Assembly (NCBI GenBank): GCA_963788655.1 | Contig: CAWBHS010000006.1 | Location: 64,001 to 128,000 of the forward strand | DNA: 64,000 nt | Reading direction: 5' to 3' | From: an uncultured Verrucomicrobiae bacterium | GTDB lineage: Bacteria > Verrucomicrobiota > Verrucomicrobiia > Limisphaerales > JAFGQR01 | Shown: one piece after another, positions 50,577 to 61,359 of the stretch | Position numbering within the stretch: the first letter of the stretch is position 1 | Layout of the letters: every line of letters starts with the position of its first letter | Position numbers and translations under genes: made by a program | The notes under the pieces: generated by a model | Databases searched by the model: none | The model's input: only the letters and a program-made list of their open reading frames with translations | Told to the model about the DNA's origin: nothing

Positions 50577-52826
50577 ATGCTGGAAATATGCAGCTTAACC
50601 TTGGCACAACCCCGACCGGCGGGATATGTTACGCCAGTGCGGCTACTTATTATGTGCATTAGCTTGTGGGTCATCCCGGCGGAAACGCGGGTCAGGGCGA
50701 CCGGCGGAAGCAAGGCGCAGGTTCCGCAAACAACAGTCAACGTGGAAAGCAACAACGTGAGCAAAGCGATCACCAACCAACCTCCGACCCCCAAGCATAC
50801 GAACCGATTGGCCGGGGAGAAATCACCGTATTTGCTCCAGCACCAGCATAATCCGGTGGCCTGGTATCCGTGGGGCGAGGCGGCGTTTGCCAAAGCCCGC
50901 GAGGAAAACCAGCCCATCTTCCTGAGCATCGGTTACTCGACCTGCCACTGGTGTCATGTCATGGAGCGGGAATCGTTCGAGGACGAATCGGTGGCCGCCT
51001 TTCTGAATGCGCACTTCGTGGCCATCAAAGTGGACCGGGAGGAGCGCCCGGACGTGGACAAGATTTACATGACGTTTGTCCAGGCGATGACGGGCCAAGG
51101 GGGGTGGCCGTTAAATGTTTTCCTGACGCCCGACTTGCAACCGTTTTATGGCGGCACGTATTGGCCACCCGCTGAAGTTCACGGGCGCGCCGGATTTGTG
51201 ACGGTTCTACATCAGGTCCAGCAAGCGTGGGCGGAGAAGCGCGAGCAAATCGCGGCTTCGGCCTTGGACATGCAAAAACGATTGGCGCAGGTCATGGCGC
51301 GCAAACCCGCTCCGTCCGAACTGCCGGAGGAATCGGTCCTTCGTCAGGCCGGCCTTCAACTGAAGCAGAATTACGATCCGGCGAACGGCGGATGGGGTCA
51401 CGCCCCCAAATTTCCCACGCCCAGCCACCCGGCGTTCCTGCTGCTTTACGGCACGAAATACGACGACCCGGAAGCAATCAAGATGGTGTTGCACACGTGC
51501 GACCGCATGGCCCACGGCGGCGTTTACGATCAGCTTGGCGGCGGATTCCATCGCTACTCGGTGGACGAGAAATGGCTGGTGCCGCATTTCGAAAAAATGT
51601 TGTATGACAACGCCCAGTTGCTCGCGCTTTATCTCGATGCCTACCTCGTGAGCGGACAAGCGCAGTATGCGGAAGTCGCTCGTGGGATTGCTGGCTACGT
51701 CTTGCGCGATATGACGCATCCCGAGGGTGGATTCTATTCGGCGGAGGATGCGGACAGCGAGGGCAAGGAAGGGAAATTCTATTGCTGGACGCGCGCCGAA
51801 TTGTCGCAGTTGCTGACGGTGGAGGAATTCAACGTGGCGGTAAAATTCTTTGGCGTGACCCAGGAGGGCAACTTTATTGATCACAGCGATCCCAGTCCGT
51901 TGCCGCACCAGAATGTGCTGAGCGTGGCGGTCCCCGCGCTGCCGCCGGCGGACCGACCAGTGCTCGCATCGGCCCGAGCCAAAATGATCGCCGCGCGCCG
52001 GCACCGGGTTCGACCGCATTTGGATGACAAGGTTCTCGCCTCCTGGAATGGGCTGATGCTCGGAGCTCTGGCGCGCGCTTCGGTCGTGTTGGGAGAAACC
52101 GCCTACCGCGAAGCCGCGGAACGGAACCTGGCCTTCCTGAAGGCAGTACTTTGGGATGCCGCCAGCACGACGTTGTATCATCGCTGGCGGGATGGCGAAA
52201 GGGACTCGGTCCAACTGTTGGATGCCTACGCGTCAGTATTGTCCGGCACGCTGGAATTGTATCAGGCCACATTGAAGCCCGAGTATTTGGAATTTTCAGT
52301 GACATTGGGGGAGAGTCTGCTGAAGAATTTCTACGACGCTGAGGCCGGCGGTTTTTGGCAAAGCCGGAGCGATGACTTGATTCTGCGCGTGAAGGAGGAT
52401 TACGACGGTGCCGAGCCGTCGGGAAATTCCGTTGCCATTCTTGCCCTGCTCAAGTTGAGCGCCTTGACCGGACGCCAAACTTTCCGGGACGCGGCCGAAA
52501 AGAGTTTGCGCTTGTTTGGGGACCGGATGCAGCAAATTCCGCAGGCGGTGCCCTACCTGCTGGCGGCACTGGATTATGCGCTCAAGGAACCGCGACGGAT
52601 CGTCATCGCCGGCGCGGTCAACGGCCCCGAAGGCCGCGAATTATTGCGGGCCGCGCACGCGGTGTTTCAGCCGCACAAAGTTATTATGGGAACGACCGGC
52701 CCAGTGGAAGAGTTTGTGCGGACGTTAGCGGCCCCGGAGGGAAAACCGACGGTTTATCTCTGCACCGGCAACGCCTGCCAGCCGCCGACCCAGGACGCGA
52801 AACAAGTGATGGCCTTGCTGCGGTAG
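50577..52826 (+). CDS. YyaL/SPATA20-like thioredoxin-domain protein
   Basis: [56 protein letters not shown]; true start uncertain (50577-50757). Confidence 0.93.
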   Translation: MLEICSLTLAQPRPAGYVTPVRLLIMCISLWVIPAETRVRATGGSKAQVPQTTVNVESNNVSKAITNQPPTPKHTNRLAGEKSPYLLQHQHNPVAWYPWGEAAFAKAREENQPIFLSIGYSTCHWCHVMERESFEDESVAAFLNAHFVAIKVDREERPDVDKIYMTFVQAMTGQGGWPLNVFLTPDLQPFYGGTYWPPAEVHGRAGFVTVLHQVQQAWAEKREQIAASALDMQKRLAQVMARKPAPSELPEESVLRQAGLQLKQNYDPANGGWGHAPKFPTPSHPAFLLLYGTKYDDPEAIKMVLHTCDRMAHGGVYDQLGGGFHRYSVDEKWLVPHFEKMLYDNAQLLALYLDAYLVSGQAQYAEVARGIAGYVLRDMTHPEGGFYSAEDADSEGKEGKFYCWTRAELSQLLTVEEFNVAVKFFGVTQEGNFIDHSDPSPLPHQNVLSVAVPALPPADRPVLASARAKMIAARRHRVRPHLDDKVLASWNGLMLGALARASVVLGETAYREAAERNLAFLKAVLWDAASTTLYHRWRDGERDSVQLLDAYASVLSGTLELYQATLKPEYLEFSVTLGESLLKNFYDAEAGGFWQSRSDDLILRVKEDYDGAEPSGNSVAILALLKLSALTGRQTFRDAAEKSLRLFGDRMQQIPQAVPYLLAALDYALKEPRRIVIAGAVNGPEGRELLRAAHAVFQPHKVIMGTTGPVEEFVRTLAAPEGKPTVYLCTGNACQPPTQDAKQVMALLR

Positions 52827-53774
52827 CGCTTCGGCGGGATCAATCCAGTCGAGCGAGGGCGAATTGGGCCGGGACGCGGGCGCCCAAAACCGGACATACT
52901 GTTCCACGCCCGCCTCCGCGGTTTCATCCTTCTTGAACCGCCATTCGCCGTCCTTACGAAACCGTTTGAGAAATTCCTTCATGTGGATTCCCGTCAACAC
53001 GTACGACCGCTTGCCTTCCATCCAGCAGAACGTCGCCCAATGATGGCACTCGGCCATCTGAATTGTTTTCGGTAACGGCGCATCCGCCATGTCGGGCAGA
53101 TCGCCGACCAGGAAGTGCAAGTGTTGCGGGCCCTGCAAATAACAAAGGAAAGCGACTTTGTGTCCATTCCACTCCAACACCCGCGCGCCGAAGAGGGAGG
53201 CTTCTTGCAGCGCCGAGGGAACCGTAAACGAGCTGTCCACGTGCTTTGCCTGCAGCCAGGCGCGCACAACGGCCAGGTTGTTCGTCTGGAAATCAACGTG
53301 CCGATGCTGGTTCCAAGTGGCGGCTACGACCTCATTCAAGTAACGCGCGAAATCGCGCGGTTGTCGACTGCTCAGCAGCACCGGCACAAAGGCGAGGAGC
53401 GTAAGGCAGACCATCAGCGCCACGCGGGCAGGCCAGTGCCGCCACCAGTTCGAGGCCAATACCGCTTTCTCCGGAATAATGGGCGCGTTCAATACGCGAG
53501 TAACCGTGTGCAGTACGCGGGTCCAAACCGAATCAGCCGTCTGCGGAACAACAAAAGGTTCCGTCTGCAAGGTTTCCAAAAGATGCGCCGGCACCGAAAT
53601 GGATTTCAGGATGGCGCTCATGGCCGCGTCAAAGGCCAGTTGCTGTCCAAACCATTCCCTAAGCTCGGCATCTTGCTCGGCCACAGCAAGCGCGGCGGCA
53701 AATTGGGGGTCAGAAGCATCCTGCCCACCGGCCCGGTACAACGCTAAGATGGCTTTAGCTTCTTGACGATTCAT
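52725..53774 (-). CDS. Putative membrane anti-sigma factor
   Basis: Directly downstream of the ECF sigma; N-terminal helical domain, one TM, periplasmic domain; 3' end overlaps the convergent gene. Confidence 0.65.
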   Translation of the reverse strand: MNRQEAKAILALYRAGGQDASDPQFAAALAVAEQDAELREWFGQQLAFDAAMSAILKSISVPAHLLETLQTEPFVVPQTADSVWTRVLHTVTRVLNAPIIPEKAVLASNWWRHWPARVALMVCLTLLAFVPVLLSSRQPRDFARYLNEVVAATWNQHRHVDFQTNNLAVVRAWLQAKHVDSSFTVPSALQEASLFGARVLEWNGHKVAFLCYLQGPQHLHFLVGDLPDMADAPLPKTIQMAECHHWATFCWMEGKRSYVLTGIHMKEFLKRFRKDGEWRFKKDETAEAGVEQYVRFWAPASRPNSPSLDWIDPAEALPQQGHHLFRVLGRRLAGVAGAEINRRFSLRGR

Positions 53775-54324
53775 GGTCTAACTCCAGGGGATTGGCGTTC
53801 AAGTTCAGTTTGCGCCCATTGGTAGGGTCGGGCTGTTCCGCCAAGCGGGCGCGCAACAGTTCGCGTCCGCGCGAGATGCGCGACATTACGGTGCCGATGG
53901 GCACTTGAAGAATTTCAGCGATTTCTTTGTACGAGTTGTCCTCCAGATAAAAAAGCACCAGCGGCGTGCGAAAGGGTTCCTCCAGCTTCAGCAGGGTTTC
54001 GCGCGCGGTGGCGCCGTCCACCTCGCTGCTCGCGACGGCCGACTGCGTGCTGGGCTGATGATGATCCATTTGCGGATCGTATGCTTCAAAGCGCGACTGA
54101 CGCTGTTTGGAGTCCACAAACTCACGATACAAGGTGGTAAAGAGCCAGCTTTTGATGCGGGATAAGTTTTGAATCTGATGCCCCTTCTGGGCCAGCAGCC
54201 GGTAGGTTTCCTGGGTCAAGTCGCAGGCGTCGGCTTCCCGATGCGTCAGGCTCCAAGCAAAGCGATAGAGCGATTCATAGTGCGCTTTCACGGCTTGCTC
54301 ATAGATCGACTTGTCCAAGGTCAT
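53755..54324 (-). CDS. ECF RNA polymerase sigma factor
   Basis: DACDLTQETY, KSWLFTTL, SYKEIAEILQVPIGTVMSRISRGR. Confidence 0.95.
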   Translation of the reverse strand: MTLDKSIYEQAVKAHYESLYRFAWSLTHREADACDLTQETYRLLAQKGHQIQNLSRIKSWLFTTLYREFVDSKQRQSRFEAYDPQMDHHQPSTQSAVASSEVDGATARETLLKLEEPFRTPLVLFYLEDNSYKEIAEILQVPIGTVMSRISRGRELLRARLAEQPDPTNGRKLNLNANPLELDHESSRS

Positions 54325-54518
54325 GGGACGCGCGCTTTTTCAGTATTACTACCGAATACTTCGCATGACCGCCGGCCGATGTAAATACTTCTCTCACGAT
54401 CGCTTCGAGCACACGCCTGAATTGATTGGGCGAATGGGCGTTCTCCATGGGGCTCTGGTCGTCAAAAGTATGCGGGGGCGTCGTCCAATCCCGACGCCCC
54501 CCCCAGTCAACCAGAAGT

Positions 54519-55307
54519 TTAATTTCCCAGCGGGAACAGAAAGTGCAAGTTTCCGTTGTCGTCTCCTTGCTCCAGCGCGTCATTCAATCCGATGTCCGTG
54601 GTCTTTTCGACGCTCCCGTCCAGCTTGGCGATGTTGCCCGAGCCTTCACCATGGATGCCTTTTTCCCAGTAGGATTTCTCGCCATTGGCGATGTTAATTC
54701 CCTGCGCCGTGTTAATGCCTGAAGAACAGCCGACGTTAACCCCAAACGTATGCATGTTGCGATCCGTCAAGAGAATGTGCTGTTGGGCGGCCGCCCAATT
54801 CAATGAGCCGTTCTTGTACCCGCCATCCAGGGCCAGAACGATGCTGACTGCGTTGCCTTTAAACGCGCCATTCAAGAATCCGCCATCGGCACTGTGCGAC
54901 CAGTCGAATGCGGCCGTTTTCGCTTTATCCGCGGGGCACACCAGAATCTTGGGTGACGCCAGCTCGTTGGAGATAAACGCATACTGAAACCAAAGGTTGT
55001 TCTGAAATCCCGCCCAGGGCGGTTGTTGACTTGGAGTGCAAGTTGGGTTGGATCCGGTGAGTTTGAGCCCCCCATCGTCATAGCAGACGCGGAAGGGGAG
55101 GTTATTCTTGTCGTTGTCGTTGACCCATAAGTTGTAGGCCAGAGCGATTTGCTTCATGTTGCTGACACAGGCAATCTGCAAGGCTTTGGCTTTCGCCCGA
55201 GCCAGGGCTGGCAGGAGTAATCCCGCCAGGATGGCGATGATGGCGATGACGACCAGGAGTTCGATCAGGGTAAACCCGGCTTGCGTGTTTTGATGCTTCT
55301 TTTCCAT
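54519..55307 (-). CDS. Prepilin-type N-terminal cleavage/methylation protein (PVC-type, H-X9-DG-like C-terminus)
   Basis: [54 protein letters not shown]. Confidence 0.92.
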   Translation of the reverse strand: MEKKHQNTQAGFTLIELLVVIAIIAILAGLLLPALARAKAKALQIACVSNMKQIALAYNLWVNDNDKNNLPFRVCYDDGGLKLTGSNPTCTPSQQPPWAGFQNNLWFQYAFISNELASPKILVCPADKAKTAAFDWSHSADGGFLNGAFKGNAVSIVLALDGGYKNGSLNWAAAQQHILLTDRNMHTFGVNVGCSSGINTAQGINIANGEKSYWEKGIHGEGSGNIAKLDGSVEKTTDIGLNDALEQGDDNGNLHFLFPLGN

Positions 55308-55527
55308 AAGCGTAATTGTTTATTCATCGATTTTGCCGCTGCTGCCCGCCTACTCCGTAGTGTTGCAGACGTGCGATTTGTGGGTACGACCGGTATCCCT
55401 GGGATCTTATTCCCGGAAAGAGCAAATTTGTGCAAGGCAACTATGGGAAAGGCAAATTTCGCGCGGAAACGGAAGTTGCATGGAGCGCCGGCTGGAAGAC
55501 CGTGAAGATCGGAAGTATGGACGCGGA

Positions 55528-55944
55528 TTAAATGTAATACATCTTCTCGTGGGCGGCGGCGTCGAGCAATTGCTGGAAGGTGATGGCATTGGCGGTTTCA
55601 TCCAGCGTGGATTGCAGTTTCTTCCACGCCTTCGCCAGTTCCGGAGGACAATCCGGGTCCGCCAAAGCCGGCGAATCAAATACCTGGCCATGGATGGCGC
55701 GCAGCACGGATCCCAAAGAGATGTCGGACGGCGAAACTGCCAGCAGGTATCCTCCATCTTTGCCACGGATGCTTTTGACGAGGTGCTTTGATTTCAACTC
55801 GATCAATATCTGCACTAGAAAATTGGCCGGGATGCCAAATTCGGAGGCCAGTTCCTCGACCTTCACGGCCTTGCCCCTGAGGTAGTGACGGGACAAACCG
55901 AGCACGGCCCGCGTGGCATAATCACTTTTAACGGACAACTTCAC
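55528..55944 (-). CDS. Rrf2 family regulator (CymR-like)
   Basis: KLSVKSDYATRA, IPANFLVQIL, SIRGKDGGYLL, C-terminal MYYI; lacks the three-Cys Fe-S motif. Confidence 0.9.
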   Translation of the reverse strand: MKLSVKSDYATRAVLGLSRHYLRGKAVKVEELASEFGIPANFLVQILIELKSKHLVKSIRGKDGGYLLAVSPSDISLGSVLRAIHGQVFDSPALADPDCPPELAKAWKKLQSTLDETANAITFQQLLDAAAHEKMYYI

Positions 55945-56177
55945 TGGCGGGAAGTTAGGAAGGACCGCCAGCCGGCGCAATGAAAACAACTGCGCCCCGC
56001 ATGTTTCAACGTGGTGCCGACGACTTGCCGGCCCCTCAAACGGAAGATTGCGCAACGAATGGAGCTAAGCGTTCAAGCCTGCCCGGCGCGTTCGTTTCGG
56101 TCGGCAGGACGCCTGCACTTCGACAGCGGCGTATAATATCCGAGTTACCAAGCAGCAAACTTGGCCGAGACTATTCA

Positions 56178-56308
56178 GAAGGACAGGTGTCCACCTGTCC
56201 CGAACGGGTGCCAACCAACAACTTGTATCACAGCGCCGCGAGTCTTCCTATGTCGCTAAACGGTGAGGAGCCTTGGGTTATCCGAGACAGGCGAGACGCC
56301 TGTCCTAC
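56178..56308. repeat. REPIN-like element, family A
   Basis: gaaggacaggtgtccacctgtcccgaa...tccgagacaggcgagacgcctgtcctac. Confidence 0.8.
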
Positions 56309-56366
56309 CACGCCGAACTGCCTCCTCGCCGCTCCAGCCACTGAATTGATACGGCCAAGCCGAGGG

Positions 56367-57338
56367 CTACTGGGTCCGGAAGGCCCGGCGCAACATGGCA
56401 ATGCTCTTGGGCACGGCAATATCCGGGTCTTCCTTACCTTCCATTTCCAGGGAAACGTAGCCGGTGTAGCCAGCGTCTGTGAGAATTTTGGCAATGCGCG
56501 GGTAGTCCAAATCCAGCGTGTACCATTCACCGCCACCGTAATAAGTCTTGGCCTGAACAAACACAGTCTTGGGAGCGATCTCCTTGAGTTTGTCGTATGG
56601 ATTCTCAAGGAAATTGCCCGTGTCCATGAGTACCCCAAGCCACGGATCCTGGATCGCCTTGGCGATGCGCAACAGCCCTTGCGGCGTGCCGGTCAGGCCC
56701 CAGTGGTTTTCCAGCGCCAGCAAAACACCGCATTCCGCAGCCTTGGACAGGCATTTCTCGATGCCGTCAATGCACCACTTGAAGCCCTCGTCCTCGGTAT
56801 GGCCGGGCAGCACCGGTTCGATACCACGCGCCTTCATCAGGTCGTCGAAGTCCGGAATGGTGTTCCACCGACCGGAGTTTAAGCGAATGCATGGGATGCC
56901 CAATTCATAGGCGATCTCGATGCACTTGTGGGTGTGCTCGACTTGCTTCTGCCGGAAGGCGGGGTCCGGGTCCACGAAGTCCTGGTGAACTGAAAGGCAG
57001 ATCAGATCGATCCCGTTCCGGAAGGCCTGACGTTTGAGCTTCTGCAAATAAGGACGCTGCGCCGGCGTCAGCGGTTCCTTCTCCGGAATGTCCATCTGGC
57101 GATGAAGAATATCCACGCCTTCCACGCCCAGGATGGCGGCTTTGTCGATGACCGTCTCGATCGGCACTCGTTCGGTCCGGAAGTGCCAGTAGGAGTATGT
57201 GGAAATGCCCAGTTTAATACGCTTGTGCCGGCGGGATGCCGGCGGTGTGGCGGCGGTAGCAGTCGGGGGTGATCCAAGGGCAATGGCCGCGCCAGTCACG
57301 GCGGTGGCGGAGAGAAATGATCGTCGATTGAATTGCAT
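56367..57338 (-). CDS. Tat-exported sugar phosphate isomerase/epimerase (AP_endonuc_2 TIM barrel)
   Basis: NRRSFL signal, LALENHWG, MDTGNF, QAK, SLEMEG. Confidence 0.9.
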   Translation of the reverse strand: MQFNRRSFLSATAVTGAAIALGSPPTATAATPPASRRHKRIKLGISTYSYWHFRTERVPIETVIDKAAILGVEGVDILHRQMDIPEKEPLTPAQRPYLQKLKRQAFRNGIDLICLSVHQDFVDPDPAFRQKQVEHTHKCIEIAYELGIPCIRLNSGRWNTIPDFDDLMKARGIEPVLPGHTEDEGFKWCIDGIEKCLSKAAECGVLLALENHWGLTGTPQGLLRIAKAIQDPWLGVLMDTGNFLENPYDKLKEIAPKTVFVQAKTYYGGGEWYTLDLDYPRIAKILTDAGYTGYVSLEMEGKEDPDIAVPKSIAMLRRAFRTQ

Positions 57339-57519
57339 AAATTTATGGGACTGTGCTGTTTTATTCGGGGATTGTAACGCTGGCGGCTTTGGCTTTCAAT
57401 AACTACATGAACGCGCCTCATCACTTGTTCCGGCTGGCTCGGTGCTGAATAGCCCTTACTAGCGTGTTCCGCTCGCAAGTTTCTGGCAAAACGCTTCCAG
57501 CTTGCTAGCCTCCAAACCC

Positions 57520-58296
57520 ATGAAAACATTTGTCCAAGCGCCAAAAGAACGGTCATGGCCTCCATTGGTGAACAACCCGGCTTGCAACTGCGTGATCGCT
57601 CTGAGCCTCGCTGTCATGGGGCTGGTGTCTCCCCTCCACGCCGCCGAGGCCTTGGCGAATCCGGAAATCAACGGCGCCACGCCCATCAATCCGCAATTGG
57701 TGGAGCGATGGGATGCGATGTATCGATCCGGTCGCCGACCGCCATGGGAAACCGGCCGGCCTTCCACGGAATTGAAACGCCTGGTTGAACAACAGGTGAT
57801 TCGACCGTGCCGGGTGTTGGAACTGGGCTGCGGCACTGGCGAGAATGCGGTGTATCTCGCCAGCCAGAAATTTGACGTCACCGCCATCGACCTGGCGCCG
57901 ACGGCGCTGAAGCTTGCCGAAGAACGCGCCCAAAAAGCCGGCGCCAAGGTGCGCTGGATTCAGGCGGACGTGTTGAATCCGCCCGCGCTGAAGCCGTTCG
58001 ACCTCATTTTTGACCGCGGTTGTTACCACGGCGTTCGGCGCCAAAATGCGACGGGGTACGTCACGACTGTCAAAACCCTGTGTCGGCCCGATGGACACCT
58101 ATTGATCCTGGCGGGCAACGCCAACGAACCCGGCGCTCGCGGCGGACCACCGCGCGTGGATGAAACCGAACTGGTCGGCGATTTCGCCGGCGCGTTTGAC
58201 TTCGAGCGCCTGCGGGAAATACGCTTCGACACCGCGGACCCGAAAGTCCCGGGAGCCTGGGCTTGGTCGCTGCTCCTGCGACGGAAACCGCTCTGA
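57520..58296 (+). CDS. Class I SAM-dependent methyltransferase (TPMT-like)
   Basis: PPWETGRP, VLELGCGTG, AIDLAP, FDLIFDRGCYH; start uncertain. Confidence 0.88.
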   Translation: MKTFVQAPKERSWPPLVNNPACNCVIALSLAVMGLVSPLHAAEALANPEINGATPINPQLVERWDAMYRSGRRPPWETGRPSTELKRLVEQQVIRPCRVLELGCGTGENAVYLASQKFDVTAIDLAPTALKLAEERAQKAGAKVRWIQADVLNPPALKPFDLIFDRGCYHGVRRQNATGYVTTVKTLCRPDGHLLILAGNANEPGARGGPPRVDETELVGDFAGAFDFERLREIRFDTADPKVPGAWAWSLLLRRKPL

Positions 58297-58326
58297 GCCG
58301 CAAGCCACTTACAATCGTACCGACCG

Positions 58327-58641
58327 GTGGCTGGAAAACACTTCATACCGCAAAAGCTGCGACCGTGGATCGATGCGCGCCGGAAGTTTCACCTGAGCCA
58401 CGCCCAAGTGCAGATGGCGCGTGAGCTCGGGATGAACCCTAAGAAATTCGGTCACTTAAACAACCACAAGCAGGAACGCTGGAAACTGCCGTTGCCGCTC
58501 TTCATCGAAGAATGTTATTTCAAGCGATTCGGCAAAACCCAACCTGAAGACCCGCGTCCCCTCGAAGCCAAGCTCGCCGAAAAAGCCGCGAAAAAGGCCC
58601 TCAAGAAAGCGATAGAACAATCCCAGCCACAGAATTCCTGA
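58327..58641 (+). CDS. Small basic hypothetical protein
   Basis: Protein-like ORF (QMARELGMNPKKFG...WKLPLPLFIEECYFKRF), GTG start. Confidence 0.7.
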   Translation: MAGKHFIPQKLRPWIDARRKFHLSHAQVQMARELGMNPKKFGHLNNHKQERWKLPLPLFIEECYFKRFGKTQPEDPRPLEAKLAEKAAKKALKKAIEQSQPQNS

Positions 58642-58740
58642 TCGGCTGCTTTGACCACTCGAAGGGCGTGGAATCGGCGTGAACCCCCTCATGAAACATG
58701 CGGGTCGAAATTAAATGTCATGCGTGAGAGAATGGCCTAA

Positions 58741-58813
58741 TTCACCGCGAAGACACGAAGAGCGCAAAGGATGTGGAAGGTTACCTTTGCGCTCTTCGTG
58801 TCTTTGCGGTGAA
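58741..58813. repeat. Long hairpin between convergent genes (repeat element or bidirectional terminator)
   Basis: ttcaccgcgaagacacgaagagcgcaaagg / cctttgcgctcttcgtgtctttgcggtgaa complementary at 29/30, 13-nt loop. Confidence 0.8.
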
Positions 58814-58877
58814 CTGGAGCCGTCCCAATCCATTTTTGCGGCGACTCAACGGCTGCTTTCAGGCCGAGTATTTCGCC

Positions 58878-60284
58878 TCAATACTCCCGGTCTTTGAGCC
58901 GGCCGGGCTGGGGCATGGGGTATTTGCCGTCGAAATCCAAGGCAACTGGCGCACTTGAATCTCCGGCGAATTTGTCCACATCCGGCGCGAACTCATAAGC
59001 ATCATTCAACATTTCATCAAACTCAACGACCTGCCCAGTGTGAACCGCCCGTCGCCCCATGGCCACGACGAAGGCCGCTTCAGCGCCGCGCTTCACTTCG
59101 TTGTAGGGTTGGTCCTGGCGGATGGCCTTGACCAAGTGCTCCCATTCCAATTCGTAGGGATTTGGCTCCGGTTGGGGAAACGCCCACGTCATTGCCGCGC
59201 GGGTGAAGTTGTGTCCCTTAAACGTTCGGCACTTGGTGGGGGTGTGCATGAAGGAGGAAATCACCGCCGAACCTTTGGTGCCGTGGGCGTAACTGGCGAA
59301 TTCCTCGTGGCAGCCGCGCATGTAACGTGAGTTTAGAAGGAGCTTGGTTCCGTCGGCAAAGGTGTATTCAACCGAATAGGTGTCCAAATTCTGGTCCACC
59401 GCATTCTCGCGATACTGACGCGCGCCCACCCCTTGGGCGCGGACAGGCCAGGCGCCTTTCATCCAGCAACACTCGTCCAGGTTGTGGGCGACATAATCGT
59501 GAAACACTCCGCCGCTGGCCCACATAAAACCGAGGTATTTCTGCACCTGGAACAGCAGTTCATTCATTGCATTCGGCTTGGGGCCAACGAAGCCCGCCGG
59601 GGAAACCAAACGGTATGATCGGAGCATCGTGAGGTCACCGATCTCACCTTGTTGAACCCGCTCCAACAACGCCTGGCGCGCCTGGCAATGCCGGCACATC
59701 AAGCCCACGCCCACCTTCAGGTTCTTTTGGGTCGCGGCTTCGCCAAGCTGGATCATGCGACGCGTGGTGGGACCATCCACGCAAATGGGTTTTTCCATGA
59801 ACACATGAAGCCCTTTGGCGATGGCGTGCTGAAAATGAACCCACCGAAACGCCACCGGCGTCGTCAGGATCACCACGTCACCGGGCTTCAGACAATCCAT
59901 GGCTTTTTGGTACGCATCAAAGCCAAGGAACTGGCGCTCGGATGGCACCTCGACTTGCGCGCCGCTGAAGCCCATGATCCAACTGTCCGCTGATCCTTCG
60001 ACTTTCCGGGCGGCGCTCTTCAACGCGTCGTAACTGCGGTCGAGGCGCTCCTGGAAGAGGTCGGCCATGGCGACAAGTTTGATCGGGCCGCCGTGACGCT
60101 GGGTGGCGAGGGCATTGGCGACGGCGCCGGTGCCGCGTCCGCCGCAGCCGATCAACGCGAGTTGAATCGTGTTTTGTTCGGCGGTATAGCCGGCTCGTGG
60201 CACAGCCGCCGCCAAGGCAATTCCCGCGGCGGCGTGGCTGGAGGTTTTGAGGAATGCACGGCGCGAAGTAATTGGAGTTTTCAT
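58878..60284 (-). CDS. Tat-exported Gfo/Idh/MocA oxidoreductase
   Basis: SRRAFLK signal, LIGCGGRGTGA, VFMEKPI, HNLD. Confidence 0.92.
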   Translation of the reverse strand: MKTPITSRRAFLKTSSHAAAGIALAAAVPRAGYTAEQNTIQLALIGCGGRGTGAVANALATQRHGGPIKLVAMADLFQERLDRSYDALKSAARKVEGSADSWIMGFSGAQVEVPSERQFLGFDAYQKAMDCLKPGDVVILTTPVAFRWVHFQHAIAKGLHVFMEKPICVDGPTTRRMIQLGEAATQKNLKVGVGLMCRHCQARQALLERVQQGEIGDLTMLRSYRLVSPAGFVGPKPNAMNELLFQVQKYLGFMWASGGVFHDYVAHNLDECCWMKGAWPVRAQGVGARQYRENAVDQNLDTYSVEYTFADGTKLLLNSRYMRGCHEEFASYAHGTKGSAVISSFMHTPTKCRTFKGHNFTRAAMTWAFPQPEPNPYELEWEHLVKAIRQDQPYNEVKRGAEAAFVVAMGRRAVHTGQVVEFDEMLNDAYEFAPDVDKFAGDSSAPVALDFDGKYPMPQPGRLKDREY

Positions 60285-60522
60285 GAGCGCACAGTGTAAC
60301 GACGGCGCGGGGGCAGTCACGGCTGAACTTCGGATTTCAAACAAGGCATGGCGCCCAAACACTAAAGCGCGAATGAAGTGATCGTACTCGATTTCTGAGG
60401 GCAACTCAAATTTGCGCTTCGGCGTCCAAGGCGAGCTGGTCCTGACGGCTCAACCATGTCATACCGCTGGCTGACCTGGAACGCGGTTCAACTGTCAGTC
60501 GCCGGCAGGTCAGGCGAGGACA

Positions 60523-61089
60523 TCAGAATAACTCGTAGAACGACTCCTGGCCGAGGTGCTTCAGGAATTGCCCAGCAAGTTTCTCGAGCTTGCCGGGGAG
60601 GCCGATGGAAATCCAGTCGTCCACGCTCCCGCGAAAACAATACCGCTCCGAGGCAAACAGTCGCTGGTCGGCGTCCACGAGAGCGAAACGCAACACCGGT
60701 TGGTAGTGGGCGAAACGCTCCGCCAAGTCGTCTGTCCGTGGCAAAGCAAAGGGCGCGGCGAATTCCCGGAGGAAACCGAAGTCACTGCTGCTTTCATGAA
60801 CCGTGAGCACATTGCCCCGCACCTCGATTTTGTAGCGGTGGACGCCGCGGGGGGAGGCAATTCGGCGCCGGACGCAATCGACTTCGGAATCGCGGATGAG
60901 TTTCGGTTGCTGCCGGCGCAGGTAAACCTGACCATTGACCGATTCGTAAACCTCGAAACCCTTCGGCAAGTGCTCGGCGAGTGTGCCGGTTGCTTTGCTG
61001 GAGAAATAGTATTGGATGCCGCCGCCCCGCTTGGGACCGGTATGCAAGTAATACGTTTTGCCGGTGCGGCTGGTGTACGTGATCGCCAT
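60523..61089 (-). CDS. Hypothetical protein
   Basis: Protein-like ORF from MAITYTSRTGKTYYLH to GQESFYELF; no function recognised. Confidence 0.7.
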   Translation of the reverse strand: MAITYTSRTGKTYYLHTGPKRGGGIQYYFSSKATGTLAEHLPKGFEVYESVNGQVYLRRQQPKLIRDSEVDCVRRRIASPRGVHRYKIEVRGNVLTVHESSSDFGFLREFAAPFALPRTDDLAERFAHYQPVLRFALVDADQRLFASERYCFRGSVDDWISIGLPGKLEKLAGQFLKHLGQESFYELF

Positions 61090-61183
61090 ACGGCTGAGGC
61101 TAGGACAACATGGCGCGTGATCCGAGTGAAATCTCGGCGTCACAGCCGGCTCTGCCTTTCGAAAGCCTCAATCCGGCGATTTC

Positions 61184-61249
61184 GGAGCGCAGACTTTCCT
61201 GTCCGCCCGCCCGTCGTCAACAGAGTGTGGACAAGAATGTCCGCGCTCC
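61184..61249. repeat. REPIN-like element, family G
   Basis: ggagcgcagactttcctgtccgc / gtggacaagaatgtccgcgctcc imperfect inverted arms. Confidence 0.7.
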
Positions 61250-61359
61250 AATCGACGAATTCGAGATCCTCCACAAAGGGGAATGCGCCAATCATTGCCG
61301 CTCCAGGAAAAGGCATCGACAGTCCATCGGCCTGAGCCAATAATGCAGTCCTCACAACG

